Shown here one piece after another: positions 57,881 through 64,000 of a DNA stretch of 64,000 nucleotides. The notes under the pieces were generated by a model. That model was not told the origin of the DNA and made no database searches. It saw nothing but the letters and a program-made list of their open reading frames with translations. Source of the DNA: the human T2T-CHM13v2.0 reference genome, Homo sapiens; the NCBI RefSeq assembly GCF_009914755.1, contig NC_060926.1; one strand, written 5' to 3'. Within the stretch, counting starts at the first letter, position 1. Every line of letters starts with the position of its first letter. Made by a program: the position numbers and the translations under genes.

Positions 57881-58974
57881 ACAAAGACACTAGATGTTTG
57901 GAGGGAGTAAACCCCAGTGGAACCAATGGCACTCGGGGGGAATGGGCTCCCCAGAAGATGGTGAGTGAATGCCCAGTCCCAACCTGTGCCCAGAAGTTTT
58001 GGGGCAAACAGCGGGGCCTGGTTGTCAGGGATGTAGTGGAAGAGACCTCTCAAAGTAGTGGTTGCTCCAGGGACCCTGCAAATGCTTGTCTTCTAAAGTT
58101 CCAGGGTGTCCTAGTCCTTTCAGGACTGTGGTTGCATGTGGGGACTGAGAGAGAAGGCACATCTGTTAACCACAGAGATGGAAGCCCCCTTCCTCAGTGG
58201 GTGGCCTGGTCTGTTAGTCCCACCCTGTCAAGGGGAGTCTCATTTGTGTATGGCTCTGGCTTTGAGAGCATTTCATGCTCTCCCTGGTGAAAACAAACGG
58301 AAGGTCATGCAGGTTCACACGTGCAATTGCAGTTGGGGTCCAGGATATTCATCCAGAGGAAGATTTAAATGAATAAAATGCTTTACCTGTTGCGGATTAT
58401 GTGCTCCAGGGAACCTGTGGTTAGATAATCTGGGGTCAGGGGTGAAGGGGGCTATAAATAGTTGCTCCGTGGCTTTGCTTTCTCTTGATGAAAATGCAAA
58501 CTTGTTTTCTCAGCAGCAAGAGCAATAAAAATATCTTCAGAAGAGCTGTCTCTTTTCTTTTTCCCTGACTCGTTGAGAGCAGATGATTTAGAGGTATCTC
58601 TATAGGAGATTAAATGGGATTCAGGTAAACAGCTGAAGGGTTTACATGGGATTAAGTTTTACAAACCCCATCCTGAGGGTATTTTTCTTTGCAGAGATGA
58701 GGGTGCAAAGCAGCAGCTTTAGAAGCCAGAAGCCAGGTCAGCGGTAAGGATTTAAGGGAGGAGGACTGAACTTCTCCACAGTTCCCTCCTGAGACTGCCC
58801 CAGAGAGGAGAGACAGCCTTCTTTCCCCCCTGCCAGAACCTTCCCCTTACACACTGCGGAGTTTGATGTCTGGGGTCTGATGACGAAGTGGAGAAAGGAG
58901 GCAACCTGAGGAACTTGGAGCAGCTAGAGCAGAACTCCTGTCCCCATTCCACAAGTATACTGAGGACGGAGTTA

Positions 58975-59940
58975 GTGTGACAGTACCCTATGCCAGGCAC
59001 CATGGGAGGCACTGGGGAGATAATGTGAACAACAGACAAAAAGCTCTGCCCTCATGGAACTTACATTCTGGTTGAGGAGATAGATTGCAGATACTTGAAA
59101 AGTCCTAGTTGTTAATAATTTATAACTGCTAAGGAGGGAAAAATTAAGCAAGAAAGGGTGATATGAACTGTAGGGGGTGGGGATGCTGGGATGTTAGGGG
59201 AACAGGGAGCCCTTTGCGTAACTCTGGAAGGAAACAAAGTCAGCCATGCAGGAATGAAAGAACATCACGTTGGGCAGAGAAAACAGCAAGTGCAAAGACC
59301 CTGCAAGCAAAGAAGTAGCCTGACTGGAACAGAGCATGAGGAGGCAAAGGGTGGAAACGAGGTCAGAGCGGCAGCAGAGAGCCAGCTCATGCAGGGCTTT
59401 GCAGATCAGTTAGGACTCTGACCTTGGCTCTGAATTAAAGCTGGAGTCGTAGGAGGGCTCTGTGCAGAGGAGTGGCCTGACCTGAGGTTTAACAGCATCA
59501 TTCTGGCTGCTGTGTAAGAATGGGCAGCAAGGCAGAACCAGAGGTCAATTAAGAGCCACTGCCATGATCCAGGCCAGTGATGACAGTGGCCTGAATCAGC
59601 GTGGTGGGGATAAGAAGTAGTTAGGTTTTGGATATATTTGAGCGGGAGAGTGGAATCTTACTGACATGCCAGAAGTGGATTGGAGATAGAGAAGTCAAGG
59701 ATGGCTCCAAGGTATTTGTTCTAAGCAACTGGAAGGACAGAGTTGGTGTTAACTGATATGGGCCAGACCTCAAGGGGCTGGGGCCATTTCAAATTTGAGA
59801 TGTCTAGGAGATATCCAGATGTCTGGATAAATGGCTGTGGTGTTGGGGTGGGCATGGAGGGGCAGCGGCAGGCTGCAGATGTAAATTGAGTCATGGGTAT
59901 GCAGGTTGTCTCTGGAGCTGTGTGCTCAAGGAGAGCATGA
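58975..59940 (-). mobile_element. L2 LINE fragment
   Basis: tatgccaggcac...ctctgccctcatggaacttacattctg...cagcaagtgcaaagaccctg...cattctggctgctgtg...agagaagtcaaggatggctccaagg...agcaactggaaggacagagttg. Confidence 0.87.
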
Positions 59941-62479
59941 CACCTGGGAGCTGGAAGGGTCCTTAGTGGCTGCCTGGCACAAATCCAGCATCTTCTGAAG
60001 GGGAAAGTCAACCACATGGAAACAAAGGGATATACATTGAGTCAGCTGGAAAGTCTGAACTAGAGCCCAGGTCTGCTAAGGGCCTACCCAGATATACTTC
60101 TTTAGAGTGTTTTAAACTGGAGCGATGGCTCTCACATATACACACTAGACTGTCTTAATATTGGACGGCCACTTCCTAGTCTTCCAGCCTAATTCCTGGA
60201 GTGAAGCTTAAGACAGTCCATGAACTGTCTGCCACTGGTCAGTAGAAAGGTAAAGCAGGAAGACCAGAAACTGAGCAAAAGCATTTAGAAATTCTCATGA
60301 CAACTCCTAATTGCCGCAACATCCTAAGGCAACATCAGTAGACTTGTCTTGTTGAGCAGAGAATGGAAAAGTCTGGGTGTTGTTGATGTCACATGGTGGC
60401 TTGTTTGTGGTACAAGCTGCATACGAGTCAGGCGTACCAAGACCACATAGATAGTAGACTGCAAAAAAAAAAAAAAAAAAAAACAAAAAAACCTGAGTCC
60501 TTCACCACAGATAGGTTGAGAGGTATGGCCCCAGCATGGTGCCTTCTGAGATGAACCTTCAGCAAACACTTGTTAGACGTAAGTGTAGAATCCTGTATTC
60601 CTTTTTGTGTTTAAGATGCAGGTACTCCCCTTTGCCAAATGAAGTCAGCAGTTTACCTTTGCTCCTTTGGGCATCCCAGCTGCCTCCTCACTCCTCCCGG
60701 AGATCTTTGTCTCCACTCTCCCATGTTCCAGGAGACAGCTTGTCTCTTGCCTCAGTGTCGGTGTGTTCCCTGAGAGCAGTCCTCCCTGTGAGCCTCAACC
60801 TGTCTTAAAGTGTGAGCCCAGCAGTGTTTACCAGAGGATGCCTATAACCACCCACTCCGCCCCAAAAAAACCAACTGAGTCTCTTGTCTTGGCATTTCAG
60901 GCCAAGGAGGAGAGATATTTTGGTTTCACTTAGGCACTGAGCTATTTTAGAAAGAACAGGAGTTCTGGCAGGAGACAGATCTTGGACAGACGCCATTTAC
61001 CTTTTTGAACATTTTCTCTGTAAAATGGGGCAGTGTTCCCCACCTCATAGCAATGTGAGGAGGGTTAGATGATATAGTGCTGTAAGGTGCCCACAAGGGC
61101 TGGTGCTGAAGAGATTGTCAACACAAGTTCTATGAAGTCACACCATGTAGGTAACTTTCTACTTATGAATCCAGACTTACCCCAAACTTCCATCTCTCAC
61201 ACACTCAATCAGAGGCCTATGTGGGAGTCCCTTTTCTCCTGGTTCCTCCCTTCATGGCCTTGTCTGCCTGCAGGAATATTTGGTCAACATGCTGGATCCC
61301 AAGTTGTTGAACCAGCTGCTGGTGAAGAAGGGAAGTGGCTGCAGGGGCTTCGTGATGACGCTGGCCTGCCCTGAACTTGTGCCTGTCCTCTGGCCTCCTG
61401 TCCGGCCATCCTCAGGCTGAGGGAGGAAAGAGGCTGCTGAGCCTGGAGTGAGCTGCCAGCTACCAAGAAGTCCCTCCCACATTTTGGCAGTGGCTCTCCC
61501 AACTTGGCAACTGGCTTAGAGGCAAGTGACAGCCTTCCCAGACTCCCTGCCTCCTTCTTGTCTCACTCTCTGGCTTGGGTCTTTAGAAGAGTCACATGGG
61601 GAGGGTGTGGCCATGGGGTGTGTCAAATATCCAGCTCAGGTGCACCACCTGTTTTATTTCACAACAGTGCCATCTTCATCCTAGCCTTCAGATTCTTAAT
61701 TCCTGGTGATTGAAAAGCAGCTGGTGGCTTAGGAGTCCAACAAGATGCAGCCCACTGTTTCCAGAGAGGATTCTTGCTTCCTGCTTCCTGCTTGCTGCTG
61801 GCACTTGATCTCAGATTTCAGAATATGCCACCAAACAGCTAGCAGTGGGGATATTTGGGAATGAAGTGCCTTATTCTACTTGCCTAGTTCTGGCCTATTT
61901 TTATTTGGGGGTATAGCTTACGTCTATTTGGCCTACATTCCAATTAGGTAAGATTATCCTGTTTTTCTCATTACGGAAAGGGGAAATGTAGATGTCGACA
62001 TACTAAATATGAAGAGTGTGTATGTGTAGATATACACATACCCACATTACACACATGCATGCAGGACCCCACCAGGTGCCTCCAGTCTCCACAGGTACCC
62101 TCAGATGCTACAGGAATAGAGGTTGTGAATGGTATGGGCATGAGTGACCCCTTTTAGGCAGTTCCAGGTGAGACTCGGAGTGAAAATATTGCAGTGCAGT
62201 CTGGGAGAAGAGAACCAAATGAATACTTTCTTGTAAATTAGTAGAGACCATTATACACTTGAACCCAAGGTTCAACCAGCAATGTTAATGGTAAAACTTC
62301 CACAGCATATCTGATCTGTGTTAGCATTTTCATCTATTGCCTTCAGGCATCACAATTTAAAGCCTGCTAATGCAATGTCCACAACCATACTGAAGACTCT
62401 TCAAGTTGGGACCTGTTCTGGTGTCACATGCTAAGGAGGATGTTGAAACATCAGAGTCCAGCTCTGGAGGGACCAGGAA

Positions 62480-62812
62480 CAGGGGTCTGGAGGCTTTAAC
62501 AGAGGAGAGTCTGTGGCAGAGACACCTTGCATGTATCAAGCCCTCTGGGCACTGATTTACACATATGGGAAAGGAGGCTTGTATAGAAGAGGGATTGAGT
62601 TTTTTGTTGTTGTTGTTGTTCTGCCTTGATCAGGAAGACAGTAAAGACCAGTTGGGGGTAAAATGTAAGCTCAAGATATTTTGCCACTACTAAACTGGCT
62701 GCTTTGTTGGGGTGGTGAGCTCCCATCCCTGGAAGTGTTCACACAAATGTCAACTAATCTTTCACCTAAAAGGGGCTCCAGCAGTGCTTGGGTGGTTGGA
62801 CTAAATGAATTT
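62480..62812 (+). mobile_element. L3/CR1-like fragment
   Basis: gtggtgagctcccatccctggaagtgttc...gttggactaaatga. Confidence 0.55.
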
Positions 62813-63139
62813 GTAAACTCATCACAGACGTTTTAGAAAACAAATGATGGATCTCCTCCTACTTGAAGGTTCTGAGCACTTTTCCTAAAGTGCTAGGCAG
62901 ATGTCCAGTCCTCAGAAAATGCTAAATAACTTTATTAATAGTGCAGATGACGGGTTTTAGAATTTCAAAGTTAAGCTGATTTCTGAAGAGGTTTAGCAGC
63001 AGTGGGAATAATCTTCTATGGGGGCTAAAAATCTACATCAGCTTCCCAGATTTTGGTCTCTCCATCTTGGGAGTGGAGAATAAGAATTCTCATTTCTTTG
63101 GACATTACTGAGTACCTGTATTTAAGATAATAAAATATT

Positions 63140-63762
63140 ACAGTGGCTCTGGTCTCCCTGCTTCCATCTCCCCTTATTTCATTTTCTAAACAATCTTGCC
63201 TAAGTGGTTTTAAATGAAAATCTCGTCAAATCACTTCCTAGTGTAAAATCCTTCAGCATTTCCCCATCTGCAAACTATAAATCACAATTCTTTTATCAGA
63301 ACACAAACCCTCTGTCATCTGGCTTCTCTGGTTCTTTCCAAGTCAACTCCAGCTTATCTTTGCCTCGCATTTCATACTCCAGCCACATCACTTCCCAATG
63401 ATCCCAAATGTTCTTTATTATTTGTACTTAAAAGCACTAGCTCTTTGTATTTGTGTTTAAATTTATAGTCTTGCAACTTGTGGTCATACACGTTGTCTCC
63501 TGTGCCTCCTCCAATACTTTTCAACCATTTGGGGGTAAATCCCACTTTTTAATTTTTGCCTAACCCTGTATAGACTGGTCCAGCCTACCCTGCAGGCTTG
63601 ATTTGGGCTATATTTCCCGTTAATCTTTACCCCTCACCACACTGATCTCCTGTCAGTTCAGCTTCCCCACTGCTGCGCCTTTGCAGTCACTCTCTCTTAT
63701 GCCTGGATAGCTATCTTGGCCAGATTGACAGCTTCTCATTCTTTATATTTTACCTCATCTCT
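63140..63762 (+). mobile_element. L2 fragments
   Basis: ggtctccctgcttcca...aaatcacttcc...aaaatccttcagc...ctccagccac...gcctttgcag...tgcctggatag. Confidence 0.6.
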
Positions 63763-63764
63763 TA

Positions 63765-64000
63765 TAAACAGCATACTGTTAGATTTAAAATCCAGTCTGA
63801 CAATCTTTGTCTTTTAACTAGAGTATCTAGTCTATTTACATTTAATGTAATTACTGATATATTTGGGTGTGTAGCCTAATCTGGCTTTTTTTCTTAACTT
63901 TCTTGACTTCTTTTGAATTGAATTTAAATTGGTTTCTTCATTTACTAGTTTGAAACATGAGCATTCTTGTTATCCTTAGTGACTACTTTGGAAATTACCA
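63765..64000 (-). mobile_element. Old L1M fragment (continues past window end)
   Basis: cagcata...aatccagtctgacaatctttgtcttttaa...atttacatttaatgtaattactgatata. Confidence 0.75.

Overview
This is primate (almost certainly human) genomic DNA. The only protein-coding sequence I can support is a 64-bp internal exon at 30012-30075 (+), too short for the ORF track. It encodes [21 protein letters not shown], which I recognise as the end of the C2/V1 domain of protein kinase C epsilon (PRKCE exon 2, chr2p21). The rest of the window is the 3' part of intron 1 and the 5' part of intron 2. These introns hold about 17 Alu/FLAM/FRAM copies, old L1, L2, L3 and MIR fragments, two solo LTRs (MLT2A2-like, MST-like), DNA-transposon MITEs (MER5, MER3, MER20, MER53, Tigger-like) and microsatellites. 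The ORFs in the supplied track look spurious or repeat-derived. I find no novel multi-gene system. The most interesting leads are: (i) possible intronic polyadenylation after exon 2 giving a C2-only, potentially dominant-negative PKC-epsilon; (ii) a compact direct-repeat/inverted-repeat/palindrome scar at 25.6-26.2 kb; (iii) a 66-bp templated duplication at 49.1/51.4 kb; (iv) a very young AluY; (v) a closely spaced inverted Alu pair; (vi) several enhancer-like motif clusters. Repeat subfamily names and many repeat boundaries come from visual recognition of consensus sequences and are approximate.
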